DNA of 64,000 bases from an uncultured Streptococcus sp. (GCA_963554405.1 CAUVRI010000002.1:27319-91318); one strand, 5' to 3'. Counted from the first letter of the stretch, positions 26,192 through 37,391 are shown. Notes: a model not told the origin generated them from the sequence alone. Numbers and translations are program-made.

Positions 26192-29100
26192 TAAGTCCTT
26201 TAAAGTAGAAGCCGTGCTGAAAGCCACTGATGCAGGTTATTTTGCAACCATGCAAAAGGCAGGCTCTGCAGTCGAAGGTCTCACGCAAAAGGCTGGAAAA
26301 GCTGGTTCCAATATCTTTGGATCGCTTGAAAAAGTCGGCAAGGGAATGACAATTGCAGGGGCAGCAACAACTGCGATGGGCGTGAAAGCAGTTAAAGGCT
26401 TCGGAGACTTTGAAGCATCACTCAACAAGGCTGCAATCGTAGCTGGCGGTACATCTAAGGACATTGAAGGTTTAGCAGATGTAGCCAACAGAATGGGTAA
26501 AGACTTGCCACTGTCTGCACAGGATGCAGCAGATGCAATGATTGTCATGGCTCAAAACGGTGCTAGCCTAGAAACTATTAAGAAAATTTTCCCAGCAATC
26601 GCACAAGCAGCAACCGCTTCTGGTGCTGATTTGGTCACAACTGCTGGGGTTGTACAGCAAGCGATGAACGTTTGGGGCGATAGTATTGGCTCTGCTGAAC
26701 AGGCTGCAGCCGTATTGACTCAAACAGCAAACGTATCTAATGCATCTGTCGAGAGTATGGAGCAAGCCTTATCTAACGTGGCAAGCTCCTCTCGTCTAAT
26801 GGGTGTGGATATGAAAGACGCATCCACTGCAATCGGTCTGATTACCAACACAGGTATGTCTGCAGCGCAAGCATCACAAGACTTAAACCATGCTATGTTG
26901 AAGATGGCAGCACCATCTAAAAAAGCAACCAAGCTGATGGACAGCCTTGGTATAAGCTACACGGACGCTGCAGGAAACATGAAACCATTCAAGCAGATCT
27001 TGACTGAGGTGAATGAGGCGATCAAGGATATGCCACAAGCTGAGAAGGCTGCGACATTGAAGACCTTGTTTGATACCTCAGGGATGCAAGCTATCAGCCC
27101 GTTGCTTGATAGTATTTCAAACAAAACCAAAGATGCTACCAAATCATGGGACGCTGCCAGAGGATCGCTCGAAGAGGTGTCTCGTTCACAAGGTGATGCT
27201 GCCGCTTGGCTTGCAAGACAAGCAGAGGATATGCAGAATAACGTTGGTTCTAAACTTGAGCAAGTCGGTGGATCGTGGGAAGCCTTGCGTAATAAGGTTA
27301 TGGCATCGAACAAAGGGATGCTCACAGGCTTATTGTCTGGAACATCTAAAACCATTGAATGGGCTACAGAGAGCAATAACGCAGTAGCCAAGGTAATTCG
27401 TGGATTCGTTGGCTTGTCACCAGTCGTAGGTCCTGCAATGACTACGATTGGCACAACAATGATTCAGACTAAAAATATTATGTCTGGTCTCGGCTCTACA
27501 TTCAATGTCATAAAGGGGTCTATGACCTCTGGCTGGGGCTTGATTATCGTTGGTGCTGCGCTACTGATTAAATACTTCGTTGACCTGTATAATCGTAGCG
27601 AATCATTCCGTAAAACTGTAAATAACATTGCTACTGCAGCAAAGACGGCATTTATGGACTTGTACGCAAAGATGAAGCCAGCCATAGACGGGATTGCTAA
27701 ATTCTTTGGCAAGATTCCAAATGGTAGCGGTTTGATGACTGCTATTGCAGGGGTTGGATTATCTCTGACAGGTATCTTTAGAGTCCTTGGTAAAAATCCA
27801 TTCGGTTTATTTGCTAGAAAAGGTCAACAATCAATGGGATTGCTTTCTAAACTCAACCCGTTCAAGGGATTGAGAGGAAAAGCCGCAGCAGAATCTAAAG
27901 GGATGGAAAGCTCCTTTAAACAATCCGATGGCATTATCAAACAGATCTTCACTGGACTCGGCCAAGGGATTAAATCAGCTCTCGAAGGTATAGGAAACGC
28001 TGCTAAAGGTATTGGGGCAGGCTTATCTGCTACGTTCCAAGGACTTGGTACAGGTATTTCCAGTGCTTTGCGTGGTTTAGGTGCTGCAACAGCAACCGCT
28101 GCAAAAGGAATCGGAACTGGTTTGGCAATTGCTTTCCAAGGTTTAGGCCGTGCGCTTGCTATGGTTAACCCTGCAACGTTACTAGCTCTAGCGGCTGCTA
28201 TCCTTGCGATTGGTGCTGCAATGGCTCTTGCTGGTAGTCAAGGCGCAGGAATTGCTCAAATTCTGCAAGGTGTAGGCTCTGTTATTGTATCAGTAGGTAC
28301 TGCAATTGGAAATGTAGCGCAAGCTATTTTGGTTGGACTTGCACAAGCCATTGTAACAGTAGCACCAGTCATTTCAGCATTCGCTCCTATCGTGGAAGCG
28401 ATCGGAAAGGCTATCGGTAGCGTCATTACTGCAATCGGTGGAGTTGCACCTCAATTGGCCGTATTGGTCAATGCGTTTGGCACAGCATTCAGTGCTATCA
28501 TTCAAGCAGTAGGGTCTGCAGTTCAACAGATCGCATCTGGTATCTCTCAAATCGTGACTGCGCTTGCTCCGATTGTAGAAACTATCGGAAATGTGATTAT
28601 TAAAGTCGCTGAAATCATCATGACGAACTTGCCACCAGTTTTGCAAGCGGTAACTCCACTTGTGGAAGTTCTTGGTAAGGTCTTCACGACCACAGCGCAA
28701 ATCATCGCAGACGCAGTCGTGCGAATAATTCAGGTACTGCAACCAGTTATGCCTTCTGTCGCACAGGTTGCGCAAGCAGTCAGCCAAGCAGTAACTTCCA
28801 TTGTTCAGGCATTTTCTAGCATTGTAGGGCAGATTGCACCAATTATCAACAGTATTGCGAACTTATTTACAAGCGTAGGTAACGCAATTAAGACTGCGTT
28901 GAGTCCAATCACTCCAATTCTGCGAGAATTTGGCAACGTGGTTAATTCCGTGTTTAAAGGCGCATCTAATGTCATTAGATCATTTGGTCAAGCGGTAAGA
29001 AGTATCTTGGATGGCGTTTCTGGTGTCATCAAGTCAATTGGTGGTGCTATCAAGGACGCTGGTGAAGGATTTAAACGATTCGGACAAGGTATAAAACTCG

Positions 29101-30698
29101 CAGGAGACAACGGACTACAAGCGGCCGCTGGTATCGGTGCAGTTGCTACTGCGGTTCTTGGCCTTGGGGCTGCATCCGCTGGTGGTAACTTGAATGGATT
29201 CCGTGCTGATTTGGACAAATTAGACACGGTAATGTACAAGATTGGTAGTCGTAATGTAGGATCTATCTTTACACAGATGGCATCTGGCATGCGTACTGCA
29301 GCCTCTGCGGTCAATCCACTTGCAAATGGTCTTCCGAAAGTTGCGACAGCAATGACGACAATTGGCCCTGCCGCAACAGCATCATCTAGTGGCATCCGTT
29401 CGTTTGGTACAGGATTCCAACAAATGGCATCCGCAGTCACTCGCTCTGCATTGATGTTTACAATGCTAAACAGTCAGTTTGCATCATTTGGATCTGCTAT
29501 CGTAAATGCCACATCGTCATTGAGTGGATTTAACACGATGATTACCAGTGTACAATCTGGATTCACGTTTATCATCCAATCGATCACATCATTCATCTCG
29601 GCATTAACGAGTCTCGGAAGTAGTATTCGTACAGTCCAAACAACTATTGCACAGCTTGGTACGTCTATGGTGCAATCTGCGTCTGGATTCTCACAACTCG
29701 GTAATGCTATGCGTACAGCGATGTCGCAAGTTGTTGCTGCGGTTAACACTGGAATCCAGCAAGCTAGATCTGCCCTTACTGCAGGTTTTGCAAGTATGGG
29801 TACGGTTGCGTCTACCTCTATGAACAATATTGCAACTAGCGTCAGAATGTCTATGACAACCATGAACATCTCTGTCACGCAAGCAATGACGCAAATGGGG
29901 GCATCAATCAGAACGTCCATGACTTCTGTCAGCACTATGATGCAAGCAATGTTGAACAACATCGTAGCAACCATCTCAGCATCATTCCAACGTATGACCA
30001 TGACGATCACAATGGCAATGATGCAAGCAAGCATGGCTATCCAGTCAGGAATGATGCGCATGGTATTAACGATGACCACAAGTGGTATGCAAATGGCTCA
30101 AATTGCACAGCGGACTGGCCAACAGATTTCACAAAATATCACGAACGGTATTAGAAATGGTGTCGGTAGCGCAAGAAGTGCGATGCACTCAATGATGCAC
30201 GCTATCCAAGCAGTTGGAATGGCTGCGGTCGGGACAATGCGTTCAGTCGGTAGCATGATTGGTCATGGTTTGGCTCAAGGTATGTATTCCGCTCTTGGTG
30301 CAGTAACTGCTGCGGCAAATGCACTCGTTGCACAAGCAGAACGTGCTGCGCAAGCAAAAGCCAAGATCCACAGTCCATCACGGCTGTTCCGTGATAATGT
30401 CGGTAAATTCTTGGCTCTTGGTGTGGCCGATGGTATTGATCGCAACGCATCGGAAGTATCGAAGTCAATGGAGAATTTGATTGACGATGCATCGCAGTAC
30501 ACTGCAAGCAATCCTCTTGGCTCTGGATTTGATTACAACGGAGTAATCAACCATGAAATCAAAGAAGCTGACAGCCAAAATAAACCAATGCAATTAACTC
30601 TTGAATTGGGTGGTCGTGCATTCTCTGCATTTGTAGAGGATATTACAACCGCACAAGGCAAGAAAGAGCGTATCAGATTAAAGACAAGTCCTCTGTAA
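26184..30698 (+). CDS. Tape measure protein (TP901 family core)
   Basis: 1504 aa, Ala/Gly-rich amphipathic repeats, C-terminal IHSPSR motif. Confidence 0.95.
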   Translation: MADKSFKVEAVLKATDAGYFATMQKAGSAVEGLTQKAGKAGSNIFGSLEKVGKGMTIAGAATTAMGVKAVKGFGDFEASLNKAAIVAGGTSKDIEGLADVANRMGKDLPLSAQDAADAMIVMAQNGASLETIKKIFPAIAQAATASGADLVTTAGVVQQAMNVWGDSIGSAEQAAAVLTQTANVSNASVESMEQALSNVASSSRLMGVDMKDASTAIGLITNTGMSAAQASQDLNHAMLKMAAPSKKATKLMDSLGISYTDAAGNMKPFKQILTEVNEAIKDMPQAEKAATLKTLFDTSGMQAISPLLDSISNKTKDATKSWDAARGSLEEVSRSQGDAAAWLARQAEDMQNNVGSKLEQVGGSWEALRNKVMASNKGMLTGLLSGTSKTIEWATESNNAVAKVIRGFVGLSPVVGPAMTTIGTTMIQTKNIMSGLGSTFNVIKGSMTSGWGLIIVGAALLIKYFVDLYNRSESFRKTVNNIATAAKTAFMDLYAKMKPAIDGIAKFFGKIPNGSGLMTAIAGVGLSLTGIFRVLGKNPFGLFARKGQQSMGLLSKLNPFKGLRGKAAAESKGMESSFKQSDGIIKQIFTGLGQGIKSALEGIGNAAKGIGAGLSATFQGLGTGISSALRGLGAATATAAKGIGTGLAIAFQGLGRALAMVNPATLLALAAAILAIGAAMALAGSQGAGIAQILQGVGSVIVSVGTAIGNVAQAILVGLAQAIVTVAPVISAFAPIVEAIGKAIGSVITAIGGVAPQLAVLVNAFGTAFSAIIQAVGSAVQQIASGISQIVTALAPIVETIGNVIIKVAEIIMTNLPPVLQAVTPLVEVLGKVFTTTAQIIADAVVRIIQVLQPVMPSVAQVAQAVSQAVTSIVQAFSSIVGQIAPIINSIANLFTSVGNAIKTALSPITPILREFGNVVNSVFKGASNVIRSFGQAVRSILDGVSGVIKSIGGAIKDAGEGFKRFGQGIKLAGDNGLQAAAGIGAVATAVLGLGAASAGGNLNGFRADLDKLDTVMYKIGSRNVGSIFTQMASGMRTAASAVNPLANGLPKVATAMTTIGPAATASSSGIRSFGTGFQQMASAVTRSALMFTMLNSQFASFGSAIVNATSSLSGFNTMITSVQSGFTFIIQSITSFISALTSLGSSIRTVQTTIAQLGTSMVQSASGFSQLGNAMRTAMSQVVAAVNTGIQQARSALTAGFASMGTVASTSMNNIATSVRMSMTTMNISVTQAMTQMGASIRTSMTSVSTMMQAMLNNIVATISASFQRMTMTITMAMMQASMAIQSGMMRMVLTMTTSGMQMAQIAQRTGQQISQNITNGIRNGVGSARSAMHSMMHAIQAVGMAAVGTMRSVGSMIGHGLAQGMYSALGAVTAAANALVAQAERAAQAKAKIHSPSRLFRDNVGKFLALGVADGIDRNASEVSKSMENLIDDASQYTASNPLGSGFDYNGVINHEIKEADSQNKPMQLTLELGGRAFSAFVEDITTAQGKKERIRLKTSPL

Positions 30699-30745
30699 AA
30701 ATGAGGGCTTTGCCTTTTTTATAAAAAACGAAGAAAGGGGGAAAA

Positions 30746-31531
30746 ATGTATAATTTCACAGATACAAACGAGATTTTAAAAAGCTATGAAATGGGTATCC
30801 AGACGACATTCAACGGCAAGACACTGGAACGTGAGCTTACGAACGCAAATGGAGCATTTCAGACTGTCATGATTTCTGGTCGTGGTGTCGTAGACCAAGA
30901 ACATCAAACTGTTGATGTGACTGGTCGTGATGGCAAGGTTTTTAGGCGCAAGTCTTACAAAGAGCGTGAAATTGAGATCACTGCTTTAATTTCTGGGGTT
31001 AACAACTCTGCTTTTCGCTTGCAATTTGAAAAACTGAACGAGTTACTAGACACAAACGAGCCGAGTGATTTGATCTTTGGTGATGAACCAGATCGGATCT
31101 ATAAGGCACAGTTTGAATCTGCGGACATTCCAGACGAAGAAAGCAACCAACAGATCATTAAGTTGAAAATGATTTGCTACGATCCAAAGAAAATCACAAA
31201 CAAGAAGACTGTTACTGGCAATCAGGTCAATTATGCAGGAAGCAAAGAAACATTTCCTAAGATTTCCTTTATGGTCGGTGTAAATGTCAATGAAATCAAT
31301 CTTCTACATGTCGAACAACAGAAGTATATCCGCTTAAAAGGTACATATACTCAGGGAAATCGCATTGAAATTGACATGAAAGAACGCACGATCAAGTTGA
31401 ATGGCAGAAATGAGCTTAAAAATTTCGATATGGTGAACAGCAGATTTTTCTCTTTGAAGAAAGGGGCTAATACATTAAGATTAACCCCATCGAGTCAGTT
31501 AACGATTGAATTTAGTGAGGTGTATCAATGA
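30746..31531 (+). CDS. Distal tail protein (Dit)
   Basis: MYNF.DT start; ISGRG, G.DG and L.F.DEPDR.Y.A motifs. Confidence 0.85.
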   Translation: MYNFTDTNEILKSYEMGIQTTFNGKTLERELTNANGAFQTVMISGRGVVDQEHQTVDVTGRDGKVFRRKSYKEREIEITALISGVNNSAFRLQFEKLNELLDTNEPSDLIFGDEPDRIYKAQFESADIPDEESNQQIIKLKMICYDPKKITNKKTVTGNQVNYAGSKETFPKISFMVGVNVNEINLLHVEQQKYIRLKGTYTQGNRIEIDMKERTIKLNGRNELKNFDMVNSRFFSLKKGANTLRLTPSSQLTIEFSEVYQ

Positions 31532-34500
31532 TTTATTTATTTAATAATAAAGAAGAATTGATCCACATCATCAAAGAACAAGATCTAATCGAATTTACTC
31601 ATAAAATCGAGATTAACACGTTCGATGCTGCAGAATTTGAATTGCCTATTGAGGCGATTGATAAAGAAATCGTCGAACAGATGCGATTCTTTGGCTTCTT
31701 CGTCCGTGGCAGTCAGTTCGGGGTATTCAAAGCCTACGAAGTGACTATGAGCGACAACTATGTTGTAAAAGGTCTTGACCGTGCAGAGAGTGACCTGCGG
31801 ACGGTCCGAATCATCAAAGACAAGCGACTGCAAAGCGTTACTGCTGACCAAGCCCTAAACGTGGCATTAGAAGGCACAGGCTATCAGTTAGGTGAAAGAG
31901 AAGGTCTTACCAAAGTAAATAAGACCAACTTCTACTATATCAGCCCTCGTGAAGCTCTTGTAAAGATCATCAAGGCCTTTAACTGCGAATTTCGTGTACG
32001 TTATGAGTTTGTAGAGAATAAGATCATCAACCGCTACATCGATTTGTATCATCGGCAAGGTTCGTACTCTGGTGTGCAATTCGAGTACGGAAACAATGCC
32101 CTCGAAGTCACGATGGAAGAAGACTCTGACAATGTTGTCACTGCTCTGATCGGTCGTGGTAAGGGTGAAGAATCAACCGATTCAGAAGGCAATGCCACTG
32201 GTGGATATGGTCGAAGAATCGAATTTACTGATATTGTCTGGACAAAGGCAAGCGGTAAACCTATTGATAAGCCTGCTGGACAAAATTACATCGTTTTAAA
32301 TGATGATATTGAAAACAAGGGTCTTTATCAGAATGGAGAGCTAAAACATCGCTGGGGTGTGTTTGTTGATGAAGAAATCGAGGACAAAGAAGTCCTGCTT
32401 CAAGCTACATATCAAGAGCTTTTAAGACTTAACAACCCAATCCGTAAGTACAAGGCTAGTATCTTGGATCTACGAGATGATATTTGGCTTGGCGACCGTG
32501 TCGCAATCGTCAAGGATTCTGCAAAGTTGTCTTTTGAAGCCCGTATCTTTTCAATTACGATTGACAAACTCAATTTTGACCAGTCAGAAGTAGAACTCGG
32601 TGATTACGAGACTCTAAAGAGTCAGTCGCAAAGTAGCTCGCTAAATGCTATCAAGGAAGCTGTCAGAGAGTTATCAGAAGAACAAGAGGCATACAATCGA
32701 AAAGTCCAAGAGATGATTGATAGCAAGAACGCAGAAATTGCTGAAAAAATGCGTGTGATGCGTCTCGATATGGACAATGGCGTTGAAGATGCCAAAAATA
32801 AGGCTGAAAAAGTAAAGCAAGAAGTTGCTGCCAAAGTTGATGAAACGGTTAAGGCTGCAAGTCGAAAAGCAAAGAACGAAATTACACAAGAGTTCAATGC
32901 AACATATGGCGACATCACTGTCAAAATGGAAGGCTTGAAGACTACAACTGATCAATTAAAAACCAGTGATGCAGATATCAAGAAAATAATCAATGACTTC
33001 AAAGCTCAAACACAAAGCCAATTTTCTGGCATTCAAGGTGCACAATCTAGGTTTGAACAAACCACAGAAAAAGCTATCTCTGACCTGACCAATGTCACAA
33101 ATGGCAAAGCAGATCGCTCTTATGTCGAACAGACAGTGAATGGCATCAAAGAAGAGTTTACAAGTTTGAAAGTAGGCTCAAGGAACTACGCTGAAGACTA
33201 TGATTTCACTCGTGGTCTTTGGTTTTTTGCTCATGGCGATTCAAGTGATTCAACCGGTACATCAGAGAATGGTGTTTATACCATCACAGGGAACACGAAC
33301 ACTTGGAAGCAAGCGCAGCTATTCTCTAGCACTGCACCAAGTTGGGCAACTTCCAAAACAATTGCTCTAGACTATCTAGAAAAAGGCGAGCCTTACACTA
33401 TTTCCTTCTACGCTAAAAGAAACAGTGGATCTGGTACAATGTGGGCTTTATTGCGTGAGAATAGAAAATCTGGAGGCAATCGAGAAAGAATTGATGCTCA
33501 ATTTCAATTAACAGATGACTGGCAGTTGTACAAGGTTTCTGTCCCTGCACTAGAAAAAAGCGATGAGTTTGATTTTTGGCGCATTATTATTGGATATAGT
33601 GAAGCTGGTTCAATTTCATTTAAAAAGGTGGAATTAACACAAAGCACTACCAGAACAGATGCAGGGCCTGCACCAGAAGATCAAAATTTTCTAATTAAAC
33701 AAGCGCAAGCAACATTTGAGCGGACTGTTCAAGGCCTCACTACTCAATTAACTAAATTAGAGACTAAAACAGGCCCAAACGGTGAACTTGAACAGCGCAT
33801 GCAGACCTACTCTGAGAAGGCTGCTGTGGACGCTGTAAAAGCAACCAGACAGATTTTAGGGCAAGGCTATATAGCGAAATCTAAGTATGATGAAGATGTA
33901 GCCGGAATCACAAGAAGACTTGAAGATTTAAGGCAAAATAATGACCAAGTAATATCTTCCAAGATTGCTGAGTACAAACAGACAGTGGATGGACAATTTA
34001 CAACAATCACTAATCAAATGGGTGACATGTTGAGAAAAACAGACATCAACATCACAGATGGCCAAATCTCTTTCGGTACAGGTAAGACTATCAACGGGCG
34101 TACCATCAGCTCACTACTTGTGCAAGAGCCAGAAGCTATCGCTTTGATCGCTCAACTGATCAAGGTTAAAGGTGACATGGTAGTTGATGGCTCAATCACA
34201 AGCCGTCATCTAGCTTCTCAGAGCGTTCGGACAGGCCACATGGAATCTGGCTCTGTCACGACTCAGATTCTCGCCTCCAACGCAGTCACTGCTGACAAAT
34301 TGCTTGTGGATTCGGCTATGATCAACAAATTTGTATCAAATCAAGCTTTTATTAGAGAACTGATTTCACAACAGGCTTTTATTACTGAGTTGAATTCCAT
34401 CAAGATTGCTGCTGAAAGAATTCAAGGTGGACGATTGAGTGCCAACAACGGGGCTACAGATTTCAACTTGGAAAATGGGACCATTAATTTTTACTCAAAC

Positions 34501-35043
34501 AAAGGATCCATAAAACGAATAGATGATACAACTTCGTCTCAATTTATTAGGTTGGAGCAAGGCGACTACAGAGGCGAACGTGTCATTGATAAAAAAGCCG
34601 CACGAATTGTCATTGGAACAAACCACGACAAGAAAGAAAGTGTAGAAAACGCTACATTTTCTGGCACTCGATTGTGGTCAGGAAGTGGAAATGGGGAAAA
34701 AGAATCATTTTATGAAGTAGTCGCAGACCGTATTGCATTTTATGCAAACGGACAGTATCGCAGTCCTTGGTTGTTACACAACAACACAAGGGACCGAAAT
34801 ACATACCTAATCCCGCTCAATGAAAACAATGTTAAACACATTATTGGACGTGGTGACAAGCATTTTCACGCTGCTTATATAGATAATGTATATGTTGGAA
34901 AAGAAGCAAGAAACGTAGCTGGCTATCTTTGGGATATATTGACATGTTTCGGAATACTTGCACGATACGGCTGGGATACAAAGAATCCAAGCTTCCAGAA
35001 CCACACAAGAGACAACTTAATTAACAAATACGGATTCAGATAG
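31528..35043 (+). CDS. Tail-associated host-specificity/spike protein (Tal, PblB-like)
   Basis: MIYLFN start, VTALIGRGKG, coiled coil, internal carbohydrate-binding-like module, C-terminal repeat region. Confidence 0.88.
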   Translation: MIYLFNNKEELIHIIKEQDLIEFTHKIEINTFDAAEFELPIEAIDKEIVEQMRFFGFFVRGSQFGVFKAYEVTMSDNYVVKGLDRAESDLRTVRIIKDKRLQSVTADQALNVALEGTGYQLGEREGLTKVNKTNFYYISPREALVKIIKAFNCEFRVRYEFVENKIINRYIDLYHRQGSYSGVQFEYGNNALEVTMEEDSDNVVTALIGRGKGEESTDSEGNATGGYGRRIEFTDIVWTKASGKPIDKPAGQNYIVLNDDIENKGLYQNGELKHRWGVFVDEEIEDKEVLLQATYQELLRLNNPIRKYKASILDLRDDIWLGDRVAIVKDSAKLSFEARIFSITIDKLNFDQSEVELGDYETLKSQSQSSSLNAIKEAVRELSEEQEAYNRKVQEMIDSKNAEIAEKMRVMRLDMDNGVEDAKNKAEKVKQEVAAKVDETVKAASRKAKNEITQEFNATYGDITVKMEGLKTTTDQLKTSDADIKKIINDFKAQTQSQFSGIQGAQSRFEQTTEKAISDLTNVTNGKADRSYVEQTVNGIKEEFTSLKVGSRNYAEDYDFTRGLWFFAHGDSSDSTGTSENGVYTITGNTNTWKQAQLFSSTAPSWATSKTIALDYLEKGEPYTISFYAKRNSGSGTMWALLRENRKSGGNRERIDAQFQLTDDWQLYKVSVPALEKSDEFDFWRIIIGYSEAGSISFKKVELTQSTTRTDAGPAPEDQNFLIKQAQATFERTVQGLTTQLTKLETKTGPNGELEQRMQTYSEKAAVDAVKATRQILGQGYIAKSKYDEDVAGITRRLEDLRQNNDQVISSKIAEYKQTVDGQFTTITNQMGDMLRKTDINITDGQISFGTGKTINGRTISSLLVQEPEAIALIAQLIKVKGDMVVDGSITSRHLASQSVRTGHMESGSVTTQILASNAVTADKLLVDSAMINKFVSNQAFIRELISQQAFITELNSIKIAAERIQGGRLSANNGATDFNLENGTINFYSNKGSIKRIDDTTSSQFIRLEQGDYRGERVIDKKAARIVIGTNHDKKESVENATFSGTRLWSGSGNGEKESFYEVVADRIAFYANGQYRSPWLLHNNTRDRNTYLIPLNENNVKHIIGRGDKHFHAAYIDNVYVGKEARNVAGYLWDILTCFGILARYGWDTKNPSFQNHTRDNLINKYGFR

Positions 35044-35054
35044 AAAGGAATTCA

Positions 35055-35276
35055 ATGAACGAAAATAATTATGTAGGAATCATCGCAGAACTAGCAAATC
35101 AACTAGCTAGTAAGTCGATCACTGAGGCTGAATTCAAGGTTCGTCTCACTGAGTCACAGCAACTAGTAGCACAACTTGCTCAGGAAGTTGAAAGCTATCG
35201 CTCTGTCCTAGAGTCTGACAAAGATTTGAAGGATCTTTTTGAAGAAATTAAAAATAAAAACGAGGTAACTAAATAA
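35055..35276 (+). CDS. Hypothetical phage protein
   Basis: 73-aa coiled coil after the tail spike. Confidence 0.75.
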   Translation: MNENNYVGIIAELANQLASKSITEAEFKVRLTESQQLVAQLAQEVESYRSVLESDKDLKDLFEEIKNKNEVTK

Positions 35277-35959
35277 TGGATTACAAAGTACAATTTAAAT
35301 CATACGATGCAGTAGCTAACACCACCAAGGTAGCAATCAAGCAAGATTTTCCTTATCGAGTATTTGAGGAAATCTTGCCAACAAACCGCATGGCAGAAGA
35401 TGATGTGACACTGGTTGAAGCAGTATTGAACATCGTGCGCATGGAGCTTGACACATCTGGCGCAGTCGTAGCAATCAAGAAAGAGTTAGATAAGTCTGTC
35501 GAAGCTAACAATGACGCTATTGCTAAAATCCAAGAGTTGACCAAAGATAACGAAGCCATGACACAGCAAATCCAAAGCGTCAAATCTGTGGCAGATTGGG
35601 CAGTCCTCGCTCGTGTAACAGATACAGACAATCCAATTGATCCAACTTTGTATGCTCGTGGATTGGAATTGGTAGAAACTGGCCAAACTGGCAAAGAATA
35701 CAAGGCACACGACATCTTTGTTGTCAACAATCCAAACTATACTGCTAAATATGGCGAAGGCACTCGTGTGTTGGTACAAGTGAACTCAGACTTTACTTAC
35801 AATGGCGAAAGCGTAGAAGAACTCGAAGGTAAATTGTCGCAAGATGGCAAGTTGGCAGTATGGAAATGGGAACTTCCAAAGGAAAACAAGCCAGCACAAC
35901 CAAGCGGAGATCTTGAAACACAACCAGTGGCTGCAGCTACACCACAACCAGTACTTTAA
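35276..35959 (+). CDS. Hypothetical phage tail-associated protein
   Basis: 227-aa ORF with coupled start. Confidence 0.75.
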   Translation: MDYKVQFKSYDAVANTTKVAIKQDFPYRVFEEILPTNRMAEDDVTLVEAVLNIVRMELDTSGAVVAIKKELDKSVEANNDAIAKIQELTKDNEAMTQQIQSVKSVADWAVLARVTDTDNPIDPTLYARGLELVETGQTGKEYKAHDIFVVNNPNYTAKYGEGTRVLVQVNSDFTYNGESVEELEGKLSQDGKLAVWKWELPKENKPAQPSGDLETQPVAAATPQPVL

Positions 35960-35978
35960 TTAGAGAGGGGCGTGATCT

Positions 35979-36263
35979 ATGATCCACTTTACACCAGAGG
36001 ATATCAGTATGATGGTAGGTTTTGTTGGTATTCTCCTTGGAATTTATGGCAATTTTAAAGGAAGTGTCGTGGCGCAAGAAAAGCGCATGGTAGTCTTGGA
36101 AAAAGATATCGAAACTATGCGTGACTTTCGCCTAACAGCAGTTAGACGACTTGATAACCACGATGAACAGAATAAGTCTCTATTGATCCTCGCAGAGCAG
36201 GTCAAAGCCTTGAGCGAGGATATGAAGGAACTTAAAGCATTAATTCAAAACAAAAATAATTAA
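35979..36263 (+). CDS. Lysis-module membrane protein (one TM helix plus coiled coil)
   Basis: N-terminal TM helix; directly before the holin. Confidence 0.7.
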   Translation: MIHFTPEDISMMVGFVGILLGIYGNFKGSVVAQEKRMVVLEKDIETMRDFRLTAVRRLDNHDEQNKSLLILAEQVKALSEDMKELKALIQNKNN

Positions 36264-36274
36264 GAGGTAACACT

Positions 36275-36535
36275 ATGAAAATCAACTGGAATGTACGTTT
36301 GAAAAATAAAAACTTTTGGCTTGCTCTTGTGCCAGCCTTGGCCTTGCTATTCCAAGCTTTTGCTGACATTTTTGGCATCAAATTGGAGTTTGGCCAAACG
36401 ATTGATAAAGTCCTTGTATTTATCAATGTACTATTTGCCTTTCTTGTTCTTGTAGGGATTGTTAACGACCCTACAACATCAGGATTGAGTGATAGCACAC
36501 GAGCGCTTGACTACGATGAGCCAAACGCTGATTAA
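36275..36535 (+). CDS. Holin, phiLC3 family
   Basis: MKINWNVRLKNK.FW...GIV.DPTT.GL.DS. Confidence 0.93.
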   Translation: MKINWNVRLKNKNFWLALVPALALLFQAFADIFGIKLEFGQTIDKVLVFINVLFAFLVLVGIVNDPTTSGLSDSTRALDYDEPNAD

Positions 36536-36620
36536 GAAGCTAATTCTTAAAGCAACAATCTTTTTACTAGCCACTGCCTTTTTCTGGGTGGTGGCTTTTG
36601 ACTTTAGAAAGGAGCAATAA

Positions 36621-37376
36621 ATGGCTACTTTAAATGACATTTTAGGATATGCAGAAAGCCTGGCTAACCAAGGTATCGGAGCTGATGCGGATGGAGCATA
36701 TGGAACGCAGTGTGTCGATCTTCCAAACTCTATCTCTATCAACTTCTTTGGTAAGGCTCTTTGGGGCAATGCTATTGATCTACTCAATTCTGCCCGTGAT
36801 TTAGGTTATGAGGTGGAATACAACCAAGAGGGCAACGTAAACAGCAGACCACGAGCTGGGGCGGTATTTGTCCAAGAGACGATCTATCTATATGGTCACC
36901 CATACGGCCACACAGGCCTAGTGATTTTAGATAGTGATGGATATACCATGCGTACTATCGAGCAAAATATTGACGGTAACGCTGATTGCCTCTATGTTGG
37001 AGGCCCTGCACGATATAACACCCGTGATTTCACGGGCATTGTAGGCTGGTTCTACTTCCCTGTAGATGACCAACCAGCGCAAGTGAGTGCTATCGAGCCG
37101 TCAGAACCTCTTACAGTCGATTCTAGCGAATTTAACGAGGAAACTGGCACATTTACAGTCGAAGTATCGGCTCTTAATGTACGGTCTTCTGCTGGGCTTG
37201 CTGGTGAGATTGTGGCAGTTTATACCGCTGACCAAGAAATCAATTACGATGGTTGGTTAGATAACGATGGATATATCTGGATCACGTACATTGGAGCTTC
37301 TGGAAATCGTCGCTATGTGGCAGTAGGTCAATCGCAGAATGGTAAACGCATCACAGACTTTGGCTCATTCGCTTAA
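36621..37376 (+). CDS. Endolysin (CHAP plus SH3_5)
   Basis: DGAYGTQCVD, YGHTGLV and IEQN motifs; C-terminal LNVR...YDGW...GYIWITY...G.RRYVA. Confidence 0.93.
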   Translation: MATLNDILGYAESLANQGIGADADGAYGTQCVDLPNSISINFFGKALWGNAIDLLNSARDLGYEVEYNQEGNVNSRPRAGAVFVQETIYLYGHPYGHTGLVILDSDGYTMRTIEQNIDGNADCLYVGGPARYNTRDFTGIVGWFYFPVDDQPAQVSAIEPSEPLTVDSSEFNEETGTFTVEVSALNVRSSAGLAGEIVAVYTADQEINYDGWLDNDGYIWITYIGASGNRRYVAVGQSQNGKRITDFGSFA

Positions 37377-37391
37377 AATAAGGAGGATTTA

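Noticed and set aside
26237..30511. Many minus-strand ORFs within the tape measure gene (likewise within fruA and the CshA-like gene)
   Set aside because: Antisense shadows of Ala/Thr/Gly-rich coding sequence
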